64,000 nt of DNA from Prochlorococcus sp. AG-347-C10 (GCA_003281705.1 QCBF01000004.1:1344-65343); one strand, 5' to 3'. Shown: positions 26,768 to 37,473, counted from the stretch's first letter. The notes: generated by a model from the sequence alone, not told the origin. Translations and numbers: made by a program.

Positions 26768-27961
26768 TTAAAAAGAACTTGATTTTCTTAATAAATAAAT
26801 CCCTCCCGCTAGGGAAATTAAGACAGGTAACCATGCAGCAAGAATAGGAGGTAAAATACCTTTTACACCAAATGAACTAAATATAAATGACATAACATAA
26901 TAAATTAATATGAGAATTACGCTTAATCCAAATCCCTGACTTTTAGAAGATCGTAAATTAGATTTACATCCTAAACTGCTGCCTATTAAACCAAAGACCA
27001 AGCATGCAAAAGGTAGAGTAAATTTTTCTTGAATGCGTACTCTAATTCTTCTGAACTCCTTCAAGTTTCCGGTTTTTTCATAAATCTTTTCTGCTTGTAT
27101 AGCTTGCCTTAAAGTCATTTCAGTTGCATCCTTAGGCACTTTTGCTAGATCCATAGGCCCTTCCACAAATGGATAGGTATATTTTTTAAATTGAACATTG
27201 GTAGTTTGACCATCTGGTGAAATTGATATAATATTTCCGTTAGAAAATATCCAAGAAGAACTTTTTTTGTCAAATTTTCCAGTCTTTGCCTTTAAGATTT
27301 GTTGAATATCTTCTCTAGAAAAATCTAATACTGTGACTTTTTTCATGGTATTGTTTTCATACCACTGAGCATAAAAAATATGAGTGAGTTTGGAATTGTT
27401 TTTTGTGGCTTTTTTAGTTGAGGCATCTATCCTAGAACCATACCTTGAAAACATAATGTTTTCTTTTCCTTTTCCTTCACTGAAAGAACTCCCTATCCCT
27501 GCTCTTAATGTTGTTTCAGCTAACTTATTACTTGCTGGAACTAAATTATCATTGAAGTAAAAAGTCAATCCTGTCATAAATATTGAAAGGGCAATAGCTG
27601 GAGCAATTATTCTTGATGTCTTTATTCCTAAGGATTTCAATGCCAATAATTCAGAATTGCTTGATAATTTTCCATAGGCTAATAACGTAGAAAGTAAAAC
27701 TGCCATTGGGAAAGATAAGACTAAAAAACTTGGTAAACTAAAAAAAAGAACTTTTAATGCTAAAAATAATGGCAAACCATACTCAACTATTTTTCTTATA
27801 AGATCAAACATTACCCCAACAGATAATGAAATAACAGTAAAAGCAGAAATGGCAAATATCATAGGCGGTATTATTTGACCTAATAACCATCTATCTATTA
27901 AAGGTAGTAAATACCAAGGAGAAATTATTTTTCTAATTAGGATTTGATTTGAAACTTTCAA
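26768..27961 (-). CDS. LptF/LptG (YjgP/YjgQ) permease
   Basis: LIDRWL, LSSNSELLALKSLG, KFTLPFACL, AAWLP. Confidence 0.9.
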   Translation of the reverse strand: MKVSNQILIRKIISPWYLLPLIDRWLLGQIIPPMIFAISAFTVISLSVGVMFDLIRKIVEYGLPLFLALKVLFFSLPSFLVLSFPMAVLLSTLLAYGKLSSNSELLALKSLGIKTSRIIAPAIALSIFMTGLTFYFNDNLVPASNKLAETTLRAGIGSSFSEGKGKENIMFSRYGSRIDASTKKATKNNSKLTHIFYAQWYENNTMKKVTVLDFSREDIQQILKAKTGKFDKKSSSWIFSNGNIISISPDGQTTNVQFKKYTYPFVEGPMDLAKVPKDATEMTLRQAIQAEKIYEKTGNLKEFRRIRVRIQEKFTLPFACLVFGLIGSSLGCKSNLRSSKSQGFGLSVILILIYYVMSFIFSSFGVKGILPPILAAWLPVLISLAGGIYLLRKSSSF

Positions 27962-28147
27962 AAGAATTTATTTGATTTTTACTTAGTTTTTAACATTATA
28001 AAATATCAATGATTTGTAAAACAACATAAGATTGATAGTCAAAAAGAAGATTTTGACTATTTAAATTTCAAAAACAAATCAGAAAAAAATTTATTAATAC
28101 TTGCAATAAAACAAAAAATTTGGTTTTTTTAAAAAAAGGGGTAAAGC

Positions 28148-28267
28148 ATGAAAAACAAAACCTTAACAAATGAATGCAATTGCATACACTGCCAACAAAA
28201 ACTAGATCAAATTAACAATTCAAGAATATATTGGGACAAATTAATTTTTAAAAAAAAGTTAGCATAG
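28148..28267 (+). CDS. 39-aa CxCxxC microprotein
   Basis: MKNKTLTNECNCIHCQQKLDQINNSRIYWDKLILKKKLA. Confidence 0.55.
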   Translation: MKNKTLTNECNCIHCQQKLDQINNSRIYWDKLIFKKKLA

Positions 28268-28619
28268 TTTCTTTGCGAAATCCTTTAAGATTCAAAAATT
28301 ATTTCAAATAGCAGTTTTACAATTTATTTTTATCAGATAAAAAGTAAAGTTTATCGATTGTTAGTATTAAGATTCTTTTAAACTAATTAAATTACTTAAC
28401 CTTTTGATTTTTTTTATAGATCAAATTTTCTCGATTTAAAAGAAAAAGGATAATAAAAATACAAGTAGGAATGAGAATAAAATCTAAAGACATACAATTT
28501 ATTAAGTCTATTTTCTATTTAGCAATTAAATAAATTTTTGACATTAATTTATAATTTTTTAAGATTTGATTCAATTGTTAAAAGATTATCCACTGTTTGT
28601 ATTACTTGCCTACTTTAAA

Positions 28620-28715
28620 TTTGAAGAGCTTGCAAGTATCCCACTGGCAAGCTCATGACGACCTAGTTAATTCAGAATACCTGATCTTAACCAGCTAAGC
28701 ACTTCCTAAATGCCA
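28620..28715 (-). ncRNA. Candidate two-hairpin sRNA divergent from hli
   Basis: Hairpins 28626-28654 and 28663-28694; TAGAAT -10 at 28726-28721. Confidence 0.4.
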
Positions 28716-28894
28716 AATACATTCTAATAAGTAAAATTACTTACTGTGAGTATAAATGCTTATTTTCATAATTGATCTGTGAGCTTGATAATAAAAAGTA
28801 ATTTGATTAAAAAAAGTGGCCTTTTAATTTTTAAACAGAAATGTTGCATATTGGCACATAGCGCTAAGCTAATAAAAATCATTGGAGATTTTGG

Positions 28895-28933
28895 TTTACA
28901 TAAGTTAATATTTGTGTTACTTTAATTAACAAT
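28895..28933 (+). promoter_or_regulatory. Tandem HLR1-like (RpaB) sites
   Basis: TTTACATA-AG-TTAATATT and GTTACTTT-AA-TTAACAAT before hli. Confidence 0.6.
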
Positions 28934-28946
28934 TATTATCTTTTTA

Positions 28947-29153
28947 ATGACAAAATCAGGAGTAACTACAGAATCAGGTGGAAGACAGAATATGTTCCCA
29001 TCAGAAACTAGGCCTTATATTGATGAAACTGTGTCTTACGATGGATATCCTCAAAATGCAGAAAAAGTAAATGGCAGATGGGCTATGGTAGGTTTCGTTG
29101 CATTATTTGGTGCCTATTTAACAACAGGTCAGATCATTCCAGGAATTTTTTAA
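28947..29153 (+). CDS. hli: High-light-inducible protein, 68 aa
   Basis: TTESGGRQNMF N-terminus, AEKVNGRWAMVG, TGQIIPGIF. Confidence 0.95.
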   Translation: MTKSGVTTESGGRQNMFPSETRPYIDETVSYDGYPQNAEKVNGRWAMVGFVALFGAYLTTGQIIPGIF

Positions 29154-29564
29154 TCCTTTTAAACGAAAAATTTAAATTTTATTTTAAATTTGAAAATAAG
29201 AAAAACCAAATAAAAGTTATGGCATTTAGGCTAAATATTATTCCTAGAAATATATAGGCAAACTTTTTGCCAATGAATGCTGTCTCCGGTTCAAGCTTTA
29301 CTCTCATTAAATCCTCGAATTATCTCGATAAAGAAAGCATCATTTCAGAAGTAAATTAAAAGAAAAAGAATAATCAAATTAATATTTCTTTTAAAATAAC
29401 AATTAAGATGATGTTTTTATACAGATTTTCAGCTTACTTTTTGTTTGAAATAGGATTATTTAAACCTCAGTTAATAAAGAAAATTTATTATCAATAAAAA
29501 TTTTCAAAAAAAAAGCCAAATTTAATTTTAAATTAGACTTATAAAAAAAATAAAAAATTTTAAA

Positions 29565-29705
29565 CTAAATAAAACCAGGAATGATTTGACCTGTAGTTAA
29601 ATATGCTCCAACAAGAGCAACAAAACCTAACATTGCGAATCTACCGTTAAGCTTTTCAGCAACGATTTTTTCTTTTTCAATTATTTTTGGTTCGTTATTT
29701 TTCAT
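29565..29705 (-). CDS. hli: High-light-inducible protein, 46 aa
   Basis: AEKLNGRFAMLG...TGQIIPGFI; start ATG 29705. Confidence 0.95.
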   Translation of the reverse strand: MKNNEPKIIEKEKIVAEKLNGRFAMLGFVALVGAYLTTGQIIPGFI

Positions 29706-29812
29706 TAGAACCAGCCTGGAATGATCTGGCCAGTTGTTATGTAGGCGCCAACTGCTGCTACGAAACCTAACATTGCTGCCCATCCGTTAAAACGTTCTGC
29801 TTCTGGTGTCAT
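29705..29812 (-). CDS. hli: High-light-inducible protein, 35 aa
   Basis: MTPEAERFNGWAAMLGFVAAVGAYITTGQIIPGWF; TAATG overlap. Confidence 0.95.
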   Translation of the reverse strand: MTPEAERFNGWAAMLGFVAAVGAYITTGQIIPGWF

Positions 29813-29826
29813 TTTTAATAAAGTAA

Positions 29827-29865
29827 TTTGTAAACAAATATAACATATTTATTTAATAATGTAAA
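29827..29865 (-). promoter_or_regulatory. Tandem HLR1-like (RpaB) sites
   Basis: Minus strand TTTACATT-AT-TAAATAAA and GTTATATT-TG-TTTACAAA. Confidence 0.6.
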
Positions 29866-30056
29866 GAAAATGAGGGAAAATTGCTTTTTGGTCAGGAAAA
29901 TTTAAAAAACTGCTACAAATATGTGTCGAGATATACCCTTTTGGTGTTTTGTTTTAGTTCTGATGTTTTTAAAAATGAAAGAAAAAAAATAAACTATTAG
30001 CCCTTTCTTCTAGAAATAAATCCTCATTTATGGTTAATTTAAATTAATATATTTTT

Positions 30057-30096
30057 AGAGTCAGCTAGTAGGGATACAGGCTGACTCTTTTTTTTT
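30057..30096 (+). terminator. Orphan intrinsic terminator (probable sRNA 3' end)
   Basis: AGAGTCAGC-N14-GCTGACTCT + T run; no convincing + strand ORF upstream. Confidence 0.7.
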
Positions 30097-30391
30097 GAGA
30101 ATTTTTAGTTTTTGACTAAAAGTAGTTTTTAGAATTCAAATTATTGCTATTAATAAATTAGATATATATAGATTTATGTCATTTACAGTTTATTACATGC
30201 ATTTAATTTTTGGAAGAATTCCTTCTCTAATGAGTACTGATTTAATACTTTATATCTTGCCTGCTCTTACAATTTCAATATTATTCTTTAGCCTCAAAAT
30301 CATGTTTTACAAGACTCCTAAATTGAGAAAGGTTAAATAATCAAAAATTTTAGAATTATTTTTTTACTAAATCGCCCAATTTTTTTTAATT

Positions 30392-31015
30392 TTGGATAAT
30401 AGACTTTTTTTTTCGGCAACTCAAAGAAATAGAGAATGCATTGGTGAAGTACTATCAAGAATTATAAAAAAAAATGGTTCAATATTGGAAATCGGAAGTG
30501 GAAGCGGCGAACATGGAGTTTTTTTTCAAAAATGCTTTCCTGGAACAATTTGGCAAACAAGTGACCCAGAGTTAGTGCATAGAAAAAGTATAAGTTCTTG
30601 GATTGATTATGAAGACTTAACTAAGAAAATGCCCCAGCCTCTTGAGATTGATGTAGAAAAAATTCCTTGGAAAATTCCATTGAGATTAGCTCATTCTTTA
30701 CAAGGTATAGTCTCTATAAATGTGATTCATGTAGCAAAGTGGTCTTGTACTAAAGCGCTCTTTAGAGAGTCAGGAAAATTACTTAAAAAGGGACAATTTT
30801 TGATGTTGTATGGGCCATTTAAAATTTGTAATAAGCATATAAGTGAAAGTAATTATTTTTTCGATAATTCATTAAAAATGCAAAATAATCTTTGGGGTAT
30901 TAAAAATCTTGAGGAAGTTTGTGATGAGAGTAAGAAAAATGGTTTTTCTCAAGAGGATATTATTAGTATGCCGGCAAATAATTTTTCAATAATTTACAGA
31001 AAGGTTTCTTTATAA
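30392..31015 (+). CDS. DUF938 SAM-dependent methyltransferase
   Basis: LEIGSGSGEH, WQTSD, LYGPF, MPANN. Confidence 0.9.
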   Translation: MDNRLFFSATQRNRECIGEVLSRIIKKNGSILEIGSGSGEHGVFFQKCFPGTIWQTSDPELVHRKSISSWIDYEDLTKKMPQPLEIDVEKIPWKIPLRLAHSLQGIVSINVIHVAKWSCTKALFRESGKLLKKGQFLMLYGPFKICNKHISESNYFFDNSLKMQNNLWGIKNLEEVCDESKKNGFSQEDIISMPANNFSIIYRKVSL

Positions 31016-31063
31016 GGCAAATACAAATATCAATAAGTTATTAAAATTGATCATATTAGATGA

Positions 31064-31225
31064 TCAACCTGATAGTTTTTTGCTCCATTCTTTATGCTTT
31101 TGATCTAAATCTGAAATTTTTTCGCCTAAACTCAGCTGTCTTTCTAATAATTCAACTTTTGTAAGTGTTATTTTTTCCGAATAAAATTTAATAGGCTGCT
31201 TACCATGCAAATTGTCGCCACTCAT
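31064..31225 (-). CDS. 53-aa hypothetical protein
   Basis: MSGDNLHGKQPIKFYSEKITLTK...EWSKKLSG. Confidence 0.55.
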   Translation of the reverse strand: MSGDNLHGKQPIKFYSEKITLTKVELLERQLSLGEKISDLDQKHKEWSKKLSG

Positions 31226-31341
31226 AGAATCACTAAATTGTGAGTATTTTATAAGATGAAAAATTTGTTATTACTAATTCTTTTATATTCTTTTCAGATT
31301 TGCGTAAATTAATGTGATAAAGAATTGATAATAATTGTTTT

Positions 31342-32508
31342 TTAATCCACTATTTTGTATGAAGATTGCCAAATATATCTTCCTCTCTTGATGTCTGACT
31401 TAACAGCAACGCAATTGCAAGCAATATTCCATAGAGCTTTGTGTATTGGATCAGGATTAAAAAGATATGCTTTTTTAAAGGCTTTTTTGATTAAGACAGT
31501 TGCCTTTTTTGCATGATAATGTGGGATCGTTGGACATACATGATGAACGACATGGCTAGTACCTATATTATGGTGAAGAAAATTAAGGACTTTACCATAA
31601 GGCCTATCAATAGAGAGAAATGCGCCCCTCATAAAGGAAAATTCCGTATTTGAAAGATGAGGTACATCTGAATCTGTATGATGAAGCCATGTATAAACTA
31701 CTAGCCAACAATTAACCACTAATAAAGGACCAAAATACAGAGCAATTACTGGAAATAATCCATACTTAAAAACTAAATAAACAATGCCCAATAATGTCAA
31801 ACCTACACCAATATCTGATATCCAAACTTTCTTGGACCATATTGATGGCCATAATGCCTTAGAAAATGGTTTAATTGGCCAAAAATGATTTGAAGTTCCA
31901 TACTTAATGCCTCCCGTACTCCCCGTAAGTAAATAAGCAGGCCAGCCGAATATTAGATGTAAAACAAGTTGAAGAATTCCATAATTTTTCTTACCTAAGG
32001 AATTTGAAAATTGTAATTCTTTTTCTCCTCCAACTTTTTCTGTAACTCCATTCCCTTTAATGACCAAAGGGACGTGAGTTTCTCCATTGGTTATGTTATT
32101 TGTGAATCGATGATGAACAGCATGAGAACGCTGCCAAGAAAAATAAGGCACTAGAAGTAATGAATGAAGTAAATAACCTGTTATGGATTCCAATGTCTTG
32201 TTTTTAGAGAATGCTCCATGTCCACATTCATGGGCAATTACCCAAAATCCCATTGCAGTGGTACCTGATAGTAATGTATAAATAATCCAAATTGGGAGCA
32301 TTTGGGGGGTAAATGGAATAGATAACCCTATCGCAACTACTAATGATTGAATTAAAGCTGATTGTAAAAGATAATTCAATGAAGTTTTGGTATTGCACTT
32401 AAAGTAGTGATCTGGGATAACATCCTGAAATTCTTTTATGCTTGGAATATCTTTATCCTCTATAACAAGCGCTTGGCCTTTAAGACCTGAAAAATTTATA
32501 TTACTCAA
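31342..32508 (-). CDS. desA: Delta-12-type fatty acid desaturase
   Basis: His boxes HECGH, HAVHH, HVVHH; PYFSWQRSH; TWLHHT. Confidence 0.88.
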   Translation of the reverse strand: MSNINFSGLKGQALVIEDKDIPSIKEFQDVIPDHYFKCNTKTSLNYLLQSALIQSLVVAIGLSIPFTPQMLPIWIIYTLLSGTTAMGFWVIAHECGHGAFSKNKTLESITGYLLHSLLLVPYFSWQRSHAVHHRFTNNITNGETHVPLVIKGNGVTEKVGGEKELQFSNSLGKKNYGILQLVLHLIFGWPAYLLTGSTGGIKYGTSNHFWPIKPFSKALWPSIWSKKVWISDIGVGLTLLGIVYLVFKYGLFPVIALYFGPLLVVNCWLVVYTWLHHTDSDVPHLSNTEFSFMRGAFLSIDRPYGKVLNFLHHNIGTSHVVHHVCPTIPHYHAKKATVLIKKAFKKAYLFNPDPIHKALWNIACNCVAVKSDIKRGRYIWQSSYKIVD

Positions 32509-32752
32509 ATTTTTTTAGTTAATAATTTTGTTAAATAAAAGTGAATTTATATACTCTATTATCCATCACAGGATCTCATAATGAAAAGAATTTATATTTT
32601 TTTTCGATAAAGTTTTCATGATTTTAATTTCATCTTCAAAAAAAACTATTTATGCCAAACATTTTTTATTTTATTCTTTTATCGCAATCTTATTAATTAT
32701 TTATTTCTTTTTTATGCTGATTTTCTTTGCTCTACTTTAAAGCTTCATTAAT

Positions 32753-32884
32753 TTAAAGACCGCGTATATACCTCTTAGGTAAACCAGATTGTTTACGTGG
32801 CTTTACTAAAATAGGTAAAACAATAACTCCTACCGTAAAAAGACATATTGGAGCAACTACCATCAATATAGATTCTAGAGACAT
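32753..32884 (-). CDS. 43-aa single-TM microprotein
   Basis: MSLESILMVVAPICLFTVGVIVLPILVKPRKQSGLPKRYIRGL. Confidence 0.55.
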   Translation of the reverse strand: MSLESILMVVAPICLFTVGVIVLPILVKPRKQSGLPKRYIRGL

Positions 32885-33499
32885 GAATAATTTTGAATTT
32901 ATTTATAAATAGCAGGATTTTTTTTTTAAGTCATGCGTATTTATATCTATTTTGTGAAAATAGACTAAAAATTTTTATAAATTATTAAGTAAAAAAGAAA
33001 AAAAGATTAAAAAAAATCAATTTTTTCATAATTCATCCTATTTACTTAATCATTCTTTAAGAGAAATTAGTTATGGATGAAGAAAAAAAATGGATGCTAA
33101 TGACTTATTATTGTCCAACTCATGGTGATTCAGGTTTAGTAAAACCGATTCAACTAACAAAAAAAGAAATTAGTAAAACATTCTTAAAAAAAGGTAGAAG
33201 TTCAAAAACTTAATTTTTAAAATAAAGCCTAAGATATTGTGAAAATGTTCTAAATCTTGATTGAAATCTGGTTAATTAAAATTGATATCTTACAAAAATC
33301 CCACAAGCTGCTTTTTTATAAGCAGCATTGGTAAAAATATTGAAAAAGAGATTCTTAATTTTGATCAGAAGCGCATGTTAATTCACATTGATTAAGTTCA
33401 TAAGCTGATATCTTTTCTAAAATTCTTAACATATCAATTTCTGAAAGCTCTCCATTTGAGTTCCATTTTAAAGTTGTCTTTCTTTGTGGTGAATTTTTT

Positions 33500-33709
33500 T
33501 TATTCATTTTCATCACTCCCCTTTAAATGAATTTCTAAACAACGAGTAATACATTCTTGATGACCATCCACAATACTGCATTCAGTAATACATTCAAAAT
33601 ATGAATTAATAGAATCTATTTCTGTGTTCTGGTTGGTAGAAACAAATGAATTATTCATAATATTGTTAAATTGATTTGGAATAGAGATATAGCACGAAAT
33701 TATGTTCAA
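33500..33709 (-). CDS. Small Cys-rich protein (YFECITxC...ECITxC)
   Basis: ORF track; probable start at MNNSFV. Confidence 0.7.
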   Translation of the reverse strand: MNIISCYISIPNQFNNIMNNSFVSTNQNTEIDSINSYFECITECSIVDGHQECITRCLEIHLKGSDENE

Positions 33710-33915
33710 TAATTTAATTTATTAAGTGAATTAGAGAAAATAAGTATTATTTACTAAACCTATATTTCAACTTGTTTCCCTTTAAAAAGGTAGTAGTATT
33801 ATGCTTTTAAAAGATAAAAGAAAAAACACTTTTGATTGTTAAATATTATTTTTAATAGGTAATCTTACAAAAAAATCAGCATAATGACTGATTTACTTTT
33901 CAGTAATTTAGTTAG

Positions 33916-34098
33916 ATGATAAAAAGTAGACTTTTAGATTTTCAAATGAAATCACTAATTAATTGGCTTTCGAAAATGTTAGAGAGTATGGCAAATGCTT
34001 TTATGCATCCTTTAAAGAATGACTTGCCTCCATCTATAGGTACTCATGCATATAGCAGTATTCCTCTAAAAAGAAAATTGAGAAGAAGGTTTAATTAG
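33916..34098 (+). CDS. Small hypothetical protein
   Basis: ORF track; PPSIGxxxY motif; probable start MKSLIN. Confidence 0.6.
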   Translation: MIKSRLLDFQMKSLINWLSKMLESMANAFMHPLKNDLPPSIGTHAYSSIPLKRKLRRRFN

Positions 34099-34101
34099 CT
34101 A

Positions 34102-35209
34102 TTAACTTATTGGAATTAATTTTTCATTTTTGTTATCCCAAATAATATATTTGAAGCAGTTTGAAAAATCGCTTAATTTTAAGAATTTTGATTGTTGGAG
34201 CAAATGAATGTTTGCTTTGTGACAAGCTCTTAAGTTGTAGTTTGGTATTCTCTCAGAGAGATGGTGAATGCTGTGGAAGGATATGTCTGCTAAAAACCAA
34301 TTTAGCCAATTAGGGATATCTAAATTGCTGCTACCAAAAATCGCTCCATCGATTAGATCCCAATTCTTTGTATTTTTAGCATAAGCATTCTCATAGTTAT
34401 GTTGTACGAAAAAAACACATATTAAAATTGCTGCTGATAAGGTTAATACTATGGAATAAAATGATAAGAAAAAAACTAACCCAAACCATTTACACATGAA
34501 AATCCACCCTATTATTACTACTATATTATTGATTATCAATTCACATAGTTCACTGAAATTATCTCCATAATCAGAAAAAGGTGGTTTGACTCTTGCATTA
34601 ATAGCTAGAAGTTTAGAAATTTCTCTGTTTTTTATTTTGATAAAAGTTTCTTCAAATATATCTATAGTGAAATTAAAAATGATAATAACCAGTCCTAATC
34701 TAGGTTTTAAAACTAAGTAAAAAAAACCCGCCTGGGAAAAGCATCATCCAGTTTCGACTAACTTTATAAAATATTTGCTCTTTTTTGGTAAGAGAATTAT
34801 AGTCTTCAAGACTTAAAACATCTATCGGCCCTTTATAAATTTCCCAATTTCCATTATTTCTATGATGAAATGCGTGATCAATTGCCCATGATTTCTGGGG
34901 TATACCATTAACTAAGCCAAGTAAAAATCCAAAAAAGCGGTTTAATTTACGTTTTGTAAAAAGAGAATTATGACCGCAATCATGCATTAATGAGAATGTT
35001 CGTGAAGATAACAGAGTTAGAAGAACTATAAAAGGTATCATTAGAAATCCTTTTATCAATAATGAAAAAGGTTGATTTATTATTTGATAGATGATTAACC
35101 AAATAGAAATTATTGGTAAGATGGTAGAGATAATTTGATAGGAAGCTCTAATATTATTTCTTTTTAGAAATGGCTTTATTAAAAAATCACCTCTGTTAAC
35201 TTTAAGCAT
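34102..35209 (-). pseudogene. Second fatty acid desaturase split by a +1 frameshift in A8 (34719-34726)
   Basis: HDCGH and HAFHH in 5' ORF, FHSIHH in 3' ORF; removing one A gives a continuous 368-aa frame (PGGFFYLVLKPRLG). Confidence 0.8.
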
Positions 35210-35290
35210 ATTTGTTTTATTTTTTTGATAGTAACAATTTTTTAAAAGTATTGATTATTTAATAAAAAATAAAATATTTTAAACATCAAA

Positions 35291-35446
35291 CTAAAGAATA
35301 AATTCTTTAGACATAGTTCTCAATTGATCTAGATTTAATCTCTCTAAGTATTTTCTAAAGTCACTAAGATTCCTATTAGAGTCAGAACTTGCACTCTCGT
35401 AAAGCAGGCTATTAGAAATTAACTCAATAAGATGATCTTTATCCAT
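35291..35446 (-). CDS. 51-aa microprotein (MDKxHLI...SKEFIL family)
   Basis: MDKDHLIELISNSLLYESASSDSNRNLSDFRKYLERLNLDQLRTMSKEFIL. Confidence 0.75.
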   Translation of the reverse strand: MDKDHLIELISNSLLYESASSDSNRNLSDFRKYLERLNLDQLRTMSKEFIL

Positions 35447-35529
35447 AATTCTTTATAGACCATAATTATTGTTTGAAAAATTAAGATCTTGAATTCGAGA
35501 TTATTAACTCAACTTAATAGGAGTAATTT

Positions 35530-35748
35530 TTATAAATTTTTTAAATCTTGTTCTATTTTTTCTAATCTTTCATTTAATTCTTTTTTTTCCTTAGTTAAGG
35601 CTTTTTTCTTTTCTGAAAGCTCTTTGTTCAAAGGAGAGTTGAAATACTTTTGGTAAGAGACAAAAAAAACTGATATTGCTACTGCAATACCAAGAGCACC
35701 AATTATTAAAATTGGAGATGAAGGAAAGTCATAAAATGGAATTGACAA
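35530..35748 (-). CDS. TM + coiled-coil small protein
   Basis: ORF track; KYFNSPLN. Confidence 0.7.
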   Translation of the reverse strand: MSIPFYDFPSSPILIIGALGIAVAISVFFVSYQKYFNSPLNKELSEKKKALTKEKKELNERLEKIEQDLKNL

Positions 35749-35959
35749 TGGTAGTTTAATAAAATCAAATTCTAACTATCTCATAAACAAAAAAATGAGT
35801 AATAAATACTTATTCTTTACGTAGTTTTATGGGTAATTATGGTAGTTATTTTGTAAAAAATAAATTAGGCTTTTCCTTAATTAAATTTTAAAAATAAGTA
35901 ATTGTACAGCTGTCAAAGGATGAATAACTAATAATGATTAAACTAGTAAAAAATTTTTT

Positions 35960-36286
35960 ATGAAGAAAATCATAAATAAAAAAAATAATAAAAATGAACC
36001 ATGGTTTAAATGGTTAACGAGGGAACTAAATTCTTATGAAGCTTTTCATGATTTCGAGTCAGGCAAGAATCCACGAGATGTTGCAGAGGATTTCATTTTT
36101 AGAAATAGTATTGCTATATCGGAAGTTTTCGAGAATTTTGATGAAGATGATAAAGATACACTTGATCATTTTCTTAAATTAACTGAATGCGAAATGCATG
36201 TATTTCGCATTCTTGAAAAACATATTGAGTTAAGAAACAAGATAAGGTTTGTAGATTTTAAAAAAAGAAAAAAAATAAAGAGTTAA
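35960..36286 (+). CDS. Hypothetical protein, paralogue of 46761-47027
   Basis: WFxW...PxxxAExF...FxKLxExExH pattern. Confidence 0.75.
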   Translation: MKKIINKKNNKNEPWFKWLTRELNSYEAFHDFESGKNPRDVAEDFIFRNSIAISEVFENFDEDDKDTLDHFLKLTECEMHVFRILEKHIELRNKIRFVDFKKRKKIKS

Positions 36287-36289
36287 TTT

Positions 36290-36625
36290 CTATATAAGTT
36301 TATTTTTCCCATTACCGGTCTTACCAAAGCCTAACCAGATGAACCATAAGATCCATCCGAAGATTGGTATTAAATTAATAAAGATCCATTTCCAATCTTT
36401 TCCAAAATCTTTGATTCTTCTTACATCAATAGCTATTTGAGGAATGATGCAAACTATTCCATAAGCATTGAAACCAAACGTTTTTAAAAATATTGGGATA
36501 GTTAGGAAAGAAATTATAAGATTCGCCAGTTGAACTAACCACCAGTCCGATCGAGATGTGAATCCTTTGAAGTCTGTAGCTTTAATCCAAAACTCTTTAT
36601 ATGCGTTTAAAAAGTCATTAAACAT
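36290..36625 (-). CDS. DUF805-family membrane protein
   Basis: DFKGFTSRSDWW, VRRIKDFGK. Confidence 0.88.
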   Translation of the reverse strand: MFNDFLNAYKEFWIKATDFKGFTSRSDWWLVQLANLIISFLTIPIFLKTFGFNAYGIVCIIPQIAIDVRRIKDFGKDWKWIFINLIPIFGWILWFIWLGFGKTGNGKNKLI

Positions 36626-36694
36626 AAATTAAAAATTCAAAGAATATAACATTATCAATTTAATCTTCAATTTTATCAAAATATTATTTATTTA

Positions 36695-36859
36695 CTAAAT
36701 AGGATCAAATAGATTCATATCATTTGAATCTTGTTTAGGAATCTCATCTTGATTTGGTAATGAACAGAATCCGTCTTTGCAAATCATCTTTTCGTTTGCA
36801 ATACTGTTAGTCTTTGAATATATGTTTTTGTTACTGTTATTTGAAGATTCTTTCAGCAT
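36695..36859 (-). CDS. 54-aa microprotein (CxDGFC)
   Basis: ...MICKDGFCSLP...MNLFDPI. Confidence 0.6.
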   Translation of the reverse strand: MLKESSNNSNKNIYSKTNSIANEKMICKDGFCSLPNQDEIPKQDSNDMNLFDPI

Positions 36860-37473
36860 TTATATAAAAAAATTAAATCCAATATTAAATTAATAACTCA
36901 ATTTATTTTAATAAGCAACAAAATTAATATTAATTATTTATTTACTTTTTTTGATTTGGCAAGTCTCTCCAAAACAGCGCCATTATATAAATGAATAAAG
37001 ATATAGAACAAATATAAAGTAAAGAATTTAGATGCATGTTTATTTATTAAAGTAATAACAAAGAAGGGCCTTTCACAAAAAAGGGATATCAACAGATTGG
37101 TAATTGTTTAACTTAGCAATTAAACAAATTCTAGTATTTATTTAAGTTTTTTATGCTTTTCCCAAACTTTGAGAATGAAAAGTTTTTAAATTTTAGGAAT
37201 ATATTTTTATAGATAGTAAAACTTATAAATCTAGGAGTTTTATAAATTTAATGAAAATTCTACATTTTTAAATGTTTATTGTATTTCACAATCTATCCTT
37301 ATTTATTTCTGTTAAAGCTTTTCTACCTTCCTTAAGGGTTCTTAAGACGAGCCAGGTTAGAGAGGAAATCATAAAGATGGTAAGTGTAATTAGAGAAATA
37401 TGAGTTGTATCAATATTGTTGGCCAATTTAATTAAATTCTTTATGAGTCTTTAATTTAAAAAATTCAAAAAAT

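Noticed and set aside
29706-29783. 72-aa version of the hli ORF
   Set aside because: The extension is an alternative frame of the upstream 35-aa hli
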